Shown: positions 29,783 to 38,914 of the stretch, in pieces
Position numbering within the stretch: position 1 is the stretch's first letter
Layout of the letters: every line of letters begins with the position of its first letter
NCBI GenBank assembly: GCA_050014255.1
Contig: JBEKDR010000002.1
Coordinates: 267 to 64,266 of the forward strand
Length of the DNA: 64,000 bases
Direction: 5' to 3'
Origin: Bacteroidales bacterium
GTDB taxonomy: Bacteria > Bacteroidota > Bacteroidia > Bacteroidales > VadinHA17
Notes under the pieces: generated by a model
What the model was told of the DNA's origin: nothing
Seen by the model: the letters and a program-made list of their open reading frames with translations, nothing else
The model's database searches: none
Translations under genes and position numbers: made by a program

Positions 29783-32457
29783 TTAATTTCTGTGTCTATT
29801 TTATAATTATAAAGGAATCTGTCAGTGCCGCCAACGATAAGATGCCAGCCACTTTTATCCGACAACTTTCCGATTGAGAACATCGATGCCCCTCTGAGAG
29901 GGAATCCATTCATTGTTTTTCCGTTCTTCCCGATCAAATAGATCAGATTCTTTTTCATATCAAACACCCCGATTTTTCGATCAGTAGATGAGAATATAAA
30001 ATTAATTGGTCCACCAAGATCATCTGAGGCAAATTCCCTTGTAAAAATTTCCGATTTGTTATGGTTATAAAGATACAATATACCTTTATCAATAAAAACA
30101 TATTCGCCAAAACCATCACCATCTACGTCAAAAATATCGAATGAATGTTCACCAGAAAATTTTCTGATGCTGAATTTTTTAACACTGCCATCAAAATATA
30201 TCTGTTGTATTGTTCCATCGGGAGATGAACAGACCACGTAGGGGTCCGATGACATAATTAAACGCATTGATGACCCTGCAGCTTTAGTAACAGGCTCTTT
30301 CAGGTTCATCCTTCTATTCCCGCTCCGGTCAAGAAAATAGAGGGCGTTCTCATCAGCTGCTACAATATAATCTTTCCCTGAAACTTTAAAATAATTTATC
30401 TCTGCCTTTACTAAGCCCGCGGTTCTGAAAGGTGCCCATCCTTTTACAACATTACCAGTTTTGTCGTACGAATAAATCATCTTGTCTTCGCCGGCAATAA
30501 ATAGCCTGTAGCTCAGGTTATTGTCATAGTCGAACATTGCCATGGAGTTTGTTGCCGGGGATCTGAGTTTTACAGGATATCTCTCAACATAGTTGCCGTT
30601 TCTATCGAGAAGATGAATATAATTCCTTCCGGAGAACAGTAACTGATACTTCCCGTTCCTGTAATAATCAATCATATAAATTGTGCTTACAATCCTCTCA
30701 TTCAGTGGTACCTTCCACAAAACACGACCGGCTGCATTTATCAGGTATGTATTGTTCTTCATATCCTGAATGAAAATCTCTTTAGCCCCGGTTATATGAT
30801 TTGTAAAAAAGAATGGTTTTATGCTTGCCACAGTATCGAGCAAGGTTTCCCATTCCGTGGTAGATTCTTCCCTGGCCTCTTCCCTGAATTTTAATGACAA
30901 GCTGTTATATATCATTCCATTACTCGATGCGAACTGGTAGCCGGCAGCCTGAATTTTTTTGAGTGAGTTTTTATTCGATTTGAGAGCATTAATGATATCT
31001 TCATTCAGGAACCCTGCCAGGTAATCGATAATACGCGACGGAATACAAAAGAAATAATATCCGGCACGACTTGGCAGGGTATTCTGGAAATCGCGATATG
31101 TAAGATCATTTGCCAGTGTTTTGTTGAGGATATTGTCGTATAGTAATTTTGAAATGGTAGAATATGAGGTTCCTGCAACCATAAAATGATCATAAAATGC
31201 AAAATAGGTCTCATTAAAATCGGGTGCAAATCCTGGCAGCAGAACTCTTATCAGTCCTTTGAAAGAGGTTCTGTAAACAGGGATTTTAACCTGATCATCG
31301 GGTTCAAAATAGAGAATTTCATTTTTTGCACCAGGTTCTTCAATAAAAAGTTGCTCTACCTGGACACGGTTAGTTAATTCATAGATAATCAAAGTATTAT
31401 CTATAACCGGCCTTCCTTTCATATCAATTATTGCGCGGGTTATCTCTCCGCCAGTATATGGTTTAATCTTACATGCAAGATCTGCTGCTTCCCTTGATAC
31501 AGATGTATCAGACACATTGTGAAGATTCAGAGTGGGAAGAATCAGCGTTTCGAAAAGCACCGTTGATGAAGGCAAAATCTTATAAGTATGAAAATCCCTT
31601 GATGGAAGCGTTTTATATTTGTAAAGAAATTCAGATGAATCAGGACTTTCGGTATACCCGCTCAGAACGAGTCCGTCTTCACTGATATAAATATCTCCTC
31701 CTGCTGTTCCGGCGAGCCTGGCAACCTTATCTGAAAATTTTTTTCTTCCTTCAATCAACAGAGGCCTGAGAAGGTCAGGTAGATTACGAAAAACAACAAA
31801 TATTTTATCCACATTTTTCCCGGATGCCAGTAATACTCTTGAAAATCCCGGTACATTTCTGACATCATTACCCCTGCCTGTCTGAACAGCTGCTCCTTCA
31901 ACCATCGTTTTCGAATTACTGAATACCATTAATCCGGAAATAAGAGAAATATATGCAGTGTCTTTCCGGCTGCCGGCATTAAAAGGAATCTCAATAATTG
32001 AATTCCCATTAAATTTGATTTCTGTTACATCCTTAATCCCTGATGAACTCAACATCTCTTTTATGTGCCTTGACCGAATGTCGCCTGATACCGGCTTAGA
32101 GAGCACAGGAATGATTCTCCCTTTTCTGTCGGGATGAAATGATATTATTGCAGTTCCCTCATTAAACAACTTTTTAAAATTCTGCTTATTCAACAGGTCA
32201 GCAAGATATTTCAGCTCCTGGTTAAACCTGTCCAGTTCCTTTACCTTTCCTAATTCTCCAAATAATCCTCTTCCGGTTGTCAGTGAATTCAGGAAACTCT
32301 TAAGGTCAACTGTTTCTATGACAATACAGGCATCCGGAGAAATCGCTTTGTAAGGATCTGTAAACAGATTCTTCCTGCCCTTCTGGAGAAAATATCCCAT
32401 TATGGCAAGACCTGAAATCAGGAGTATCACCAATATGATAGCGATTCTCTTACCCAT
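29779..32457 (-). CDS. Large N-terminally anchored protein with a C-terminal beta-propeller-like repeat region
   Basis: N-terminal hydrophobic anchor IAIILVILLISGLAIMGYF. The C-terminal ~350 aa carry repeated motifs such as LLDRNGNYVERYP, YSYDKTGNVVKGW, YFLDRSGNRR and FDVDGDGFGEYVF (FG-GAP/PQQ-like). Confidence 0.5.
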   Translation of the reverse strand: MGKRIAIILVILLISGLAIMGYFLQKGRKNLFTDPYKAISPDACIVIETVDLKSFLNSLTTGRGLFGELGKVKELDRFNQELKYLADLLNKQNFKKLFNEGTAIISFHPDRKGRIIPVLSKPVSGDIRSRHIKEMLSSSGIKDVTEIKFNGNSIIEIPFNAGSRKDTAYISLISGLMVFSNSKTMVEGAAVQTGRGNDVRNVPGFSRVLLASGKNVDKIFVVFRNLPDLLRPLLIEGRKKFSDKVARLAGTAGGDIYISEDGLVLSGYTESPDSSEFLYKYKTLPSRDFHTYKILPSSTVLFETLILPTLNLHNVSDTSVSREAADLACKIKPYTGGEITRAIIDMKGRPVIDNTLIIYELTNRVQVEQLFIEEPGAKNEILYFEPDDQVKIPVYRTSFKGLIRVLLPGFAPDFNETYFAFYDHFMVAGTSYSTISKLLYDNILNKTLANDLTYRDFQNTLPSRAGYYFFCIPSRIIDYLAGFLNEDIINALKSNKNSLKKIQAAGYQFASSNGMIYNSLSLKFREEAREESTTEWETLLDTVASIKPFFFTNHITGAKEIFIQDMKNNTYLINAAGRVLWKVPLNERIVSTIYMIDYYRNGKYQLLFSGRNYIHLLDRNGNYVERYPVKLRSPATNSMAMFDYDNNLSYRLFIAGEDKMIYSYDKTGNVVKGWAPFRTAGLVKAEINYFKVSGKDYIVAADENALYFLDRSGNRRMNLKEPVTKAAGSSMRLIMSSDPYVVCSSPDGTIQQIYFDGSVKKFSIRKFSGEHSFDIFDVDGDGFGEYVFIDKGILYLYNHNKSEIFTREFASDDLGGPINFIFSSTDRKIGVFDMKKNLIYLIGKNGKTMNGFPLRGASMFSIGKLSDKSGWHLIVGGTDRFLYNYKIDTEIK

Positions 32458-32566
32458 TCACAGATTATCAATAGTTTCATTCAAAAGTAACAAATAAAAG
32501 TTTATGCAGGCTGCAGACAGTAATTTAACAATAAATAGTCAAGATTCCTTTGGAACCTGATCCATT

Positions 32567-32581
32567 TGGCACGTAATTTGA
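32567..32581 (+). promoter_or_regulatory. Sigma-54-type promoter candidate (TGGCAC-gtaat-TTGA)
   Basis: The -24 element TGGCACG is perfect and the spacing is exact. The -12 element is TTGA instead of TTGC. rpoN is encoded in this window. Confidence 0.35.
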
Positions 32582-32591
32582 AATATGGAAT

Positions 32592-32663
32592 TTAAACAGA
32601 CAATCTCAATCATATCCCTGTTCTCTCAGGGCAGCCAGGCCAAAACCCTGGCTTTCTTTTTTT
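32592..32663 (+). ncRNA. Candidate ~70-nt small RNA (two stem-loops plus a U tail)
   Basis: Bounded by the sigma-54-like promoter and a plus-strand intrinsic terminator, between two minus-strand genes. Stem-loops are ccctg-ttctct-caggg and agccagg-ccaaaac-cctggct, followed by ttcttttttt. Confidence 0.25.
32633..32663 (+). terminator. Intrinsic terminator hairpin with a T tract on the plus strand (may also stop trpS transcription from the opposite side)
   Basis: AGCCAGG-ccaaaac-CCTGGCT followed by ttcttttttt. It abuts the trpS stop codon at 32666-32668. Confidence 0.6.
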
Positions 32664-32665
32664 AA

Positions 32666-33655
32666 TTAAAACGGCCGGTACCCGATTATTTCTCTCACTT
32701 CTCTTACAGTTTTAGATGCGCTGGCCCGGGCTTTTTCCGCACCATCTGTAACTACCTTTGAAAGATATTTATTATCAGAAAGTATATCATTGATCCTCAG
32801 CCTTATTGGTTCTGTAAACTTTATAATATCCTCAGCAAGTTGCTTCTTCATATCTCCATAGCGGATTTCGCATGAAGCAAATTTATCCATGAAATATTTT
32901 ACAGTATCCTGATCTGAAACTACATTCATTATTGTAAACAGGTTCTTCACCGGCTCTGATGGCTCCTGACCCGGTGCCGTCGGACCGGTATCGGTAACCG
33001 CTCTCATCACTTTTTTCTTTATCTCCTTAGGAGTATCAGCAAGAAAAATCCCGTTACCTTCGCTTTTGCCCATTTTCCCTGTGCCATCCAGACCAGGTAT
33101 TTTTACAAGTTGCTGTCCGAAATTATATGCATCAGGCTCCGGAAAATAATTTACCTCGTACATCATATTAAATCTCCTTGCAAATCTTCGTGTCATCTCT
33201 AGGTGCTGCTCCTGGTCCTTTCCAACAGGTACTTTATCGGCCTTGTGAATTATTATATCAGCAGCCATAAGTACCGGGTAGGTCAATAATGCTGCATTAA
33301 TATTATCGGGTTGTTTTCTTATTTTCTCTTTGAACGATGTTGTCCTTTCAAGTTCTCCCACATAGGCATTCATATTCAGTAAGAGATATAACTCAGATAC
33401 TTCCGGAACATCACTCTGAATGAAAACTGTTGCAATTTCAGGGTCAATTCCGCAAGCAAGATATTCTGCCAAAATCTGTTTGATATTCCCGTGGAGGTCT
33501 TCAGGTTTTGGATGAGTTGTAAGCGCATGATAATCAGCAATAAAGAAAAAACAGTTGTTCTCTTTCTGCATTTTGAGAAAGTTCTTAATAGCACCGAAAT
33601 AATTTCCAAGATGCAGATTTCCCGTCGATCTGATACCGCTAACAACAGTGTCCAT
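32666..33655 (-). CDS. trpS: Tryptophan--tRNA ligase
   Basis: HIGH-type motif GNLHLGNY and KMSKS-type motif KMGKS. 329 aa. Confidence 0.95.
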   Translation of the reverse strand: MDTVVSGIRSTGNLHLGNYFGAIKNFLKMQKENNCFFFIADYHALTTHPKPEDLHGNIKQILAEYLACGIDPEIATVFIQSDVPEVSELYLLLNMNAYVGELERTTSFKEKIRKQPDNINAALLTYPVLMAADIIIHKADKVPVGKDQEQHLEMTRRFARRFNMMYEVNYFPEPDAYNFGQQLVKIPGLDGTGKMGKSEGNGIFLADTPKEIKKKVMRAVTDTGPTAPGQEPSEPVKNLFTIMNVVSDQDTVKYFMDKFASCEIRYGDMKKQLAEDIIKFTEPIRLRINDILSDNKYLSKVVTDGAEKARASASKTVREVREIIGYRPF

Positions 33656-33680
33656 TGTAATTTATAATAAAAATTAAGTG

Positions 33681-33688
33681 CAAAGCTA
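33681..33688 (-). promoter_or_regulatory. -7 promoter box (TAGCTTTG) for trpS
   Basis: The reverse complement of caaagcta matches TAnnTTTG, 26 nt upstream of the trpS ATG. Confidence 0.45.
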
Positions 33689-33756
33689 GCTATTTTTTCG
33701 AAATCATGAATTTAGTATAACTTCCTTTACCTGATTTTTATGCCTTATCCCCCTCA

Positions 33757-34200
33757 CCCCCTTCTCCCAGGAGCTACCCTTTATACACATCTTTTTGATG
33801 TCACTGAACGTTTATTGTCACATGCACTTATTTTTTCAATTATCATATGTTATTATCCTGGGTTTATTATATTAACCTGTTTTTCATAATTATATTCTTA
33901 CTATAGATTAGGAGATCCCTCACTGCGTTCGGGATGACAATTGTTTAGTTTGGCATAGCTTTGGGGAGGGAAGCAGGGGCGTTTTGAATAAGAGTTCTCG
34001 TAGGGCAATATTGTGAAATCGAAACGCCCCTGCTTCCCTCCCCCTGTAAATTAAAATTATTTGTCATTCCGAACGCAGTGAGGAATCTCCTGAAGCTGAT
34101 AATAATTTGATAAACACTCTTTTACGAAAGCCTTCACAAAGAAGGAGAAATTCTAATTCAAAAAAATGTGTATAAAGGGTAGCCCAGGAGAGAAGTGGGT
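33757..34200. repeat. Triple-nested inverted-repeat structure (composite or nested MITEs)
   Basis: Outer arms are 33757-33790 and 34166-34200 (shared core gctaccctttatacacat). Middle arms are family-B units at 33911-33938 and 34063-34090 (28 of 30 nt complementary). Inner arms are a perfect 22-bp pair, ggggagggaagcaggggcgttt at 33963-33984 and its complement at 34022-34043. Confidence 0.75.
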
Positions 34201-34312
34201 AACTCATTGTTTATTATTTATATAGCCCCTCCCTCCTGGGAGAGGGGTTGGGGAGAGGCACAAGGAAGGGAAACAGGTTGGAGATTAACCGGCAAAATTC
34301 TGCAAAAAATTG

Positions 34313-34320
34313 TACCTTTG
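34313..34320 (+). promoter_or_regulatory. -7 promoter box (TACCTTTG) for rbfA
   Basis: Exact TAnnTTTG match 17 nt upstream of the ATG at 34337. Confidence 0.45.
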
Positions 34321-34336
34321 CCCGATTAAAATAAAA

Positions 34337-34681
34337 ATGGCCATGGAATCGACAAGACAGAAAAAAGTATCGCGTTTAATACAGAAAGAACTGGCCGATA
34401 TCTTTCTTAAAAGAGGAAACGAATTTGCCCATGGTAAATTAGTATCAATAACAAGGGTCAGGGTCAGTCCCGACCTCTCATTTGCTAAAGTCTATATAAG
34501 TATTTTCCCCGCAACAAACCAGGATGATATACTAAAGGCAATTGAGGAACACAGTTCAAAGATCAGATTTAACCTCGGTCAGAAAGTAAGGTCCCAACTC
34601 AGGATAGTACCAGACATTGCTTTCCATATTGATGACAGCCTTGACTATATTGATAAAATAGACAAGTTGCTGAAATCCTGA
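34337..34681 (+). CDS. rbfA: Ribosome-binding factor A
   Basis: MAMESTRQKKVSRLIQKELADIF is a typical RbfA N-terminus. The ORF-track TTG start at 34310 overlaps the promoter box, so the ATG at 34337 (or 34343) is preferred. Confidence 0.85.
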   Translation: MAMESTRQKKVSRLIQKELADIFLKRGNEFAHGKLVSITRVRVSPDLSFAKVYISIFPATNQDDILKAIEEHSSKIRFNLGQKVRSQLRIVPDIAFHIDDSLDYIDKIDKLLKS

Positions 34682-34686
34682 CACAT

Positions 34687-35505
34687 ATGCAGTACGAGCC
34701 AATAAAAAGATCACTTGGCAGATTCTTCACCGGATCTCTGTTTTTGAGAAAGATCCTCTATTTTCTTCTTGACCTGCTGTTACTCCGCGCCTGGCATGTT
34801 AAAAAAGCATTAAGGAAGATTTCCCGTCAGTATTCCGGAGAAGCATCTGTTCTGGATGCCGGTTCAGGATTTGGACAATATACCTGGCGAATGAGCAGGA
34901 TGAACAGCAGGTGGAGGTTCAGATCTGTTGATATCAATAAAGAACAGATTGACGACTGTAACATTTTTTTCGGAAAAGCAGGATTGTCGGACAGGGTTTC
35001 TTTTAACATCTGCGATCTCACAACTCTGAATGACATCGGTTGTTATGATATAATTTTGTCGGTAGATGTAATGGAGCATATTGAAGAAGATAAACTGGTT
35101 TTTAAGAATTTCTACAAATCACTTAAAAACAATGGTATATTGCTGATATCCACCCCCTCGGATAAAGGAGGGTCGGATGTGCACAGCGAAGAGGAAGAAT
35201 CATTTATCGATGAACATGTCAGAGACGGATACAGCATAAATGATATAACTGAAAAACTTTCAATTGCAGGTTTCAGAGCTATTGAGGCAGGTTATACTTA
35301 CGGAAAACCGGGGAATATATCCTGGCGATTGTCAATGAAATATCCGATTAAGATGCTGAATGTCTCTTACCTGTTTTTCCTGCTTCTTCCTTTTTATTAT
35401 TTGATTTTTTTCCCTGTCTCAATAATTCTTAACATTTTTGATCTCTGTTTAACTCATAAAACCGGAACCGGGTTGCTGGTTATTGCCAGAAAGCAAGAAA
35501 AGTGA
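34687..35505 (+). CDS. Class I SAM-dependent methyltransferase with a C-terminal membrane segment
   Basis: Motif I VLDAGSGFGQY and an acidic post-I motif. C-terminal hydrophobic stretch YLFFLLLPFYYLIFFPVSIILNIF. GTGA overlap with the next gene. Confidence 0.7.
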   Translation: MQYEPIKRSLGRFFTGSLFLRKILYFLLDLLLLRAWHVKKALRKISRQYSGEASVLDAGSGFGQYTWRMSRMNSRWRFRSVDINKEQIDDCNIFFGKAGLSDRVSFNICDLTTLNDIGCYDIILSVDVMEHIEEDKLVFKNFYKSLKNNGILLISTPSDKGGSDVHSEEEESFIDEHVRDGYSINDITEKLSIAGFRAIEAGYTYGKPGNISWRLSMKYPIKMLNVSYLFFLLLPFYYLIFFPVSIILNIFDLCLTHKTGTGLLVIARKQEK

Positions 35506-36728
35506 AGCTCTCATTATACATAGCAAAAAGATACCTGTTCGCAAAAAAATCGCGGAATGCAATAAATATTATTTCGGCGGTTTCTGTGGCCGGAGTAGCA
35601 GTTGGCACAATGGCGCTGATAATTATTCTTTCCGTTTTTAACGGACTTGAAACAATGGTAAGCGCCATCTTCAACACTTTTGATCCGGATATTAAAATAA
35701 CGGCTGCAGAGGGCAAAACATTTATTCCGGACACTGCACGTCTGAAGCTTCTTGCAAAAGTTGAAGGATTATCCTGTTATTCTCTTACAATTGAAGACAA
35801 TGCCCTGCTCAAATATGGTTCGCGCCAGTATATTGCCACTATTAAAGGCATTGATGACAACTATGCCATGGTTTCAAATATCGACAGTTCCATGTGGGAG
35901 GGTGTTTTTATGCTCAGGAACGATAAAGGCCGTCCATACGCTGTCCCGGGTATCGGGGTTGCCCAATATCTTGGAATAAGGGTCAACTTCATAACTCCTC
36001 TGGAAATAATTTTCCCGAGAAAGACCGGTTCCGGTACAAACATCAATGCCGAAAACTCATTAAATCATAAGTTTATATTCCCGTCAGGGATTTTTGAAGT
36101 TGAAAAAGAATATGATTCCAAATATGTTTATATCCCTATTGATTTCGCACGTGAACTGACTGAAACAGAAAAAGGAGTAACTACCATTGAGATCAAATTC
36201 AGAGAGCATGCCGATCCGCAGACTGTGCAAAAGGACATTATAAAAATCTTCGGGAAGGGCTTCACAGTTCAGAACCGATATGAACAGCAGGCCATATTTT
36301 ACAAGGTGATGCGATCCGAAAGGCTTGCTATTTTCTTCATCCTTACACTTATTCTTATTATTGCTTCATTCAATATAATCGGCTCCCTCACTATGCTGAT
36401 AATCGAGAAAGAGCGTGATATTGAGATACTAAAGAGTCTGGGAGCTGATAACAACCTTATCAGGAAGATTTTCATATTTGAAGGCTGGCTGATTTCGATA
36501 ATCGGTGCACTTGCAGGAATTATTCTGGGTTTTGTCGTCTGCTGGCTGCAGCAGACTTACGGACTTGTAAAGCTTCATAGTCAATCACTTATCATGGATT
36601 CATACCCGGTTGTAATGAAGATTAAGGACTTTATAATTGTTCCCGGAACGGTTCTTTTAATCGGATATTGGGCAGCATGGTACCCGGTGAGGTTTCTCAC
36701 GAAAAAGTATTTGAATAAAGATGTTTGA
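35502..36728 (+). CDS. FtsX-family ABC transporter permease (LolC/E-like)
   Basis: GTG start. The N-terminus KLSLYIAKRYLFAKKSRNAINIIS is typical of LolE. A periplasmic MacB-like domain and 3 C-terminal TM helices follow. Confidence 0.8.
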   Translation: MKLSLYIAKRYLFAKKSRNAINIISAVSVAGVAVGTMALIIILSVFNGLETMVSAIFNTFDPDIKITAAEGKTFIPDTARLKLLAKVEGLSCYSLTIEDNALLKYGSRQYIATIKGIDDNYAMVSNIDSSMWEGVFMLRNDKGRPYAVPGIGVAQYLGIRVNFITPLEIIFPRKTGSGTNINAENSLNHKFIFPSGIFEVEKEYDSKYVYIPIDFARELTETEKGVTTIEIKFREHADPQTVQKDIIKIFGKGFTVQNRYEQQAIFYKVMRSERLAIFFILTLILIIASFNIIGSLTMLIIEKERDIEILKSLGADNNLIRKIFIFEGWLISIIGALAGIILGFVVCWLQQTYGLVKLHSQSLIMDSYPVVMKIKDFIIVPGTVLLIGYWAAWYPVRFLTKKYLNKDV

Positions 36729-36803
36729 TAATCAATTATTATATTTACTGAATATCCTGCTTTACAAAAACCAAATGAGAAAAACCCTTAATAATATTAC
36801 GCT

Positions 36804-37580
36804 ATGAACAAGTTTGGGTTTCTCATATTGATCATTATCTCATTAATGACTGTATCTTGTTCCGGCAGAAAGCAAAAACTGGACAATAAAAATCTGATCC
36901 CTGAAAAAGACCTGGTTTCATTATTGACCGATATCCATATTGCAGATGGACTTCTTTCACTTCCGAAGATTAATTCCTGGGCTTCTTCCTTAGACTCCAT
37001 CTCATCTTATTATCAGGTCATTGAAAAACATGGATATACAAAAGAAATCCTGGACAAAACAATGAACTACTATTTTTTAAATAATCCCAAAAAACTAAAT
37101 AAAATATATGATCAGGTTCTTGGGATATTAAGTGAGATGGAATTGCGTGTCGAAAAAGAATCTATTTTAGAGACGGCACGTACTTCGAACATGTGGACGG
37201 GTAAGGATTTTTATTCAATTCCTTCTCTTTCTGGCAACGATTCGACTTTGTTTAATATGACACTTCCCAGAAGCGGCAGTTATACACTTTCATTCTCTGC
37301 TACTCTTTTTCCTGATGACCAGTCGATTAATCCCAGAGTAACTTTGTATTCATGTTCTCCTGACAGTATAGATACAGGAAAAAGACAATACGTAAAATCA
37401 ATTAATTACTTAAAAGATGGCCGACCGCATAAATATAAGCTTACTTTAATTATTCCTAAGAATACAATTCGTCATTTAAGAGGATGGTTCTATGATTTTG
37501 ATAACTCTCCTTCCGGTCTTGAGAAACATATTAAAATAGAGAATATCTCTCTTTCCTATAGCTCAATAATGCCTGTATGA
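36804..37580 (+). CDS. Lipoprotein with a DUF4296-like N-terminal domain
   Basis: Lipobox LMTVSCSG. LIPEKDLVSLLTDIHIADGLL resembles the DUF4296 motif. The family call is from memory. Confidence 0.45.
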   Translation: MNKFGFLILIIISLMTVSCSGRKQKLDNKNLIPEKDLVSLLTDIHIADGLLSLPKINSWASSLDSISSYYQVIEKHGYTKEILDKTMNYYFLNNPKKLNKIYDQVLGILSEMELRVEKESILETARTSNMWTGKDFYSIPSLSGNDSTLFNMTLPRSGSYTLSFSATLFPDDQSINPRVTLYSCSPDSIDTGKRQYVKSINYLKDGRPHKYKLTLIIPKNTIRHLRGWFYDFDNSPSGLEKHIKIENISLSYSSIMPV

Positions 37581-38752
37581 AACGCTTAACGGCTCAATAC
37601 ATCATTACCAATTCCGGGCCTTCGCTTAAAAGAGCTGTAATAACAACTGAAGATGACGGGACAATAATCAGTGTTGAAGAAACAAAAGGTGATCTGAAAG
37701 AAAAATATTCCACGGAGTTTTATAATGGAATCATAATTCCCGGCTTTGTCAATTGTCATTGCCATCTGGAGCTATCTCACCTGAAAGGATACATTTCAAA
37801 AGGAATGGGACTTGGAAGTTTTATCGAACAGATCAGAAGGACCAGGGATAATAACAAAGAAAAAATATTCTCTTCCGCTTTTTCTGCTGATGATTATATG
37901 TTTAAGGAAGGAACAGTTTTATGTGCAGATGTATGTAATACATCAGATACCTTCAAAATAAAAAAAGAGAGCAGGATCAGTTACTTCAACCTTCTTGAAG
38001 TTTTTGGCCTTGATCCGGATAAAGCCGGAAAGAGAATTGATGAAATACTAAATATTGCCGAAACATCTAAAGATATGGAGCTCCCTTTTTCACTTGTTCC
38101 ACATTCGGCATATTCTATGTCGCTGACTCTTTTCAGGCTTCTCAGAAATGAAAGTTTAAACAACAGGATCACTTCCATCCATTTTATGGAGACTGAAGGG
38201 GAAGAAACTTTCCTTAAAAGCCAGGCCGGACCGCTGATGTCATCATACAAACGATCAGGATTGATACCCTCGCGGCTGGAAACAGCCAAAAATCATGCTG
38301 ATGTAGTACTGAATGAGATAACGAAATCGGGCAACCTGATTCTTGTCCACAGTACTTTTGCTGACAGAAACACTGTAAGGCGGATTAAGGAGAGGGGGAA
38401 TTTATTCTGGTGTCTCTGTCCCAACTCAAATATTTATATAGAAAATAAAACTCCGCCGCTGAATTTGCTGATTGAGGAGGGTTGTGAGATTGTCATCGGA
38501 ACTGACAGTCTGGCTTCGAATTCTAATCTAAGTATTCTTGAAGAGCTCAAAACGCTACAGTTTAGTTTTCCTGAAATAGTTATTGAAGATATGGTCGAAT
38601 GGGGTACAATAAATGGTGCAAAAGCTATGGGAGAAGAAGAGCGTTTTGGAAGGATTGAATCAGGTAAAAAACCAGGCCTTCTGCTTCTTGAGAATGTTGA
38701 CCTGCAGAATATGAAGTTACTGCCTGAAAGTTTTGTAACGAGACTCATTTAG
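37577..38752 (+). CDS. Amidohydrolase-family metal-dependent hydrolase (deaminase/chlorohydrolase-like)
   Basis: GFVNCHCHLELSHL (HxH metal motif), later HS and HF histidines, and an acidic GTDSLASN motif. ATGA overlap with the upstream gene. Confidence 0.7.
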   Translation: MKRLTAQYIITNSGPSLKRAVITTEDDGTIISVEETKGDLKEKYSTEFYNGIIIPGFVNCHCHLELSHLKGYISKGMGLGSFIEQIRRTRDNNKEKIFSSAFSADDYMFKEGTVLCADVCNTSDTFKIKKESRISYFNLLEVFGLDPDKAGKRIDEILNIAETSKDMELPFSLVPHSAYSMSLTLFRLLRNESLNNRITSIHFMETEGEETFLKSQAGPLMSSYKRSGLIPSRLETAKNHADVVLNEITKSGNLILVHSTFADRNTVRRIKERGNLFWCLCPNSNIYIENKTPPLNLLIEEGCEIVIGTDSLASNSNLSILEELKTLQFSFPEIVIEDMVEWGTINGAKAMGEEERFGRIESGKKPGLLLLENVDLQNMKLLPESFVTRLI

Positions 38753-38774
38753 TATGAGTTTCTCTCCTTTTTTT

Positions 38775-38870
38775 GCCCCCCTGCCCCCCTAAAGGGGGGT
38801 TAATCCTCGTTATTTTAGGAAACATTTGTAATGTGTCCGAATTAGCCCCCCTTTAGGGGGGTTGGGGGGC
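38775..38870. mobile_element. MITE-like element, family A, copy 2 (archetype)
   Basis: The element is gcccccctgcccccctaaaggggggttaatcctcg, then ~33 nt, then gaattagcccccctttaggggggttggggggc. The arms are complementary at about 27 of 30 nt. Confidence 0.65.
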
Positions 38871-38884
38871 ACAAAAATTTATGT

Positions 38885-38892
38885 TAATTTTG
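38885..38892 (+). promoter_or_regulatory. -7 promoter box (TAATTTTG) for the radical SAM gene
   Basis: Exact TAnnTTTG match 23 nt upstream of the ATG at 38915. Confidence 0.45.
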
Positions 38893-38914
38893 ACCGCCGT
38901 AAAAGAATACGAAA

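Noticed and set aside
32585-32665. A 26-aa plus-strand mini-ORF (MEFKQTISIISLFSQGSQAKTLAFFF) in the trpS downstream gap.
   Set aside because: Its ATG lies upstream of where a sigma-54-driven transcript would start. Its 3' half is simply the terminator hairpin read as codons. A non-coding RNA or terminator explanation is preferred.
35480-35734. An 84-aa minus-strand ORF over the methyltransferase / lolE-like junction.
   Set aside because: It is antisense to two coupled genes (GTGA overlap) and has no motifs.
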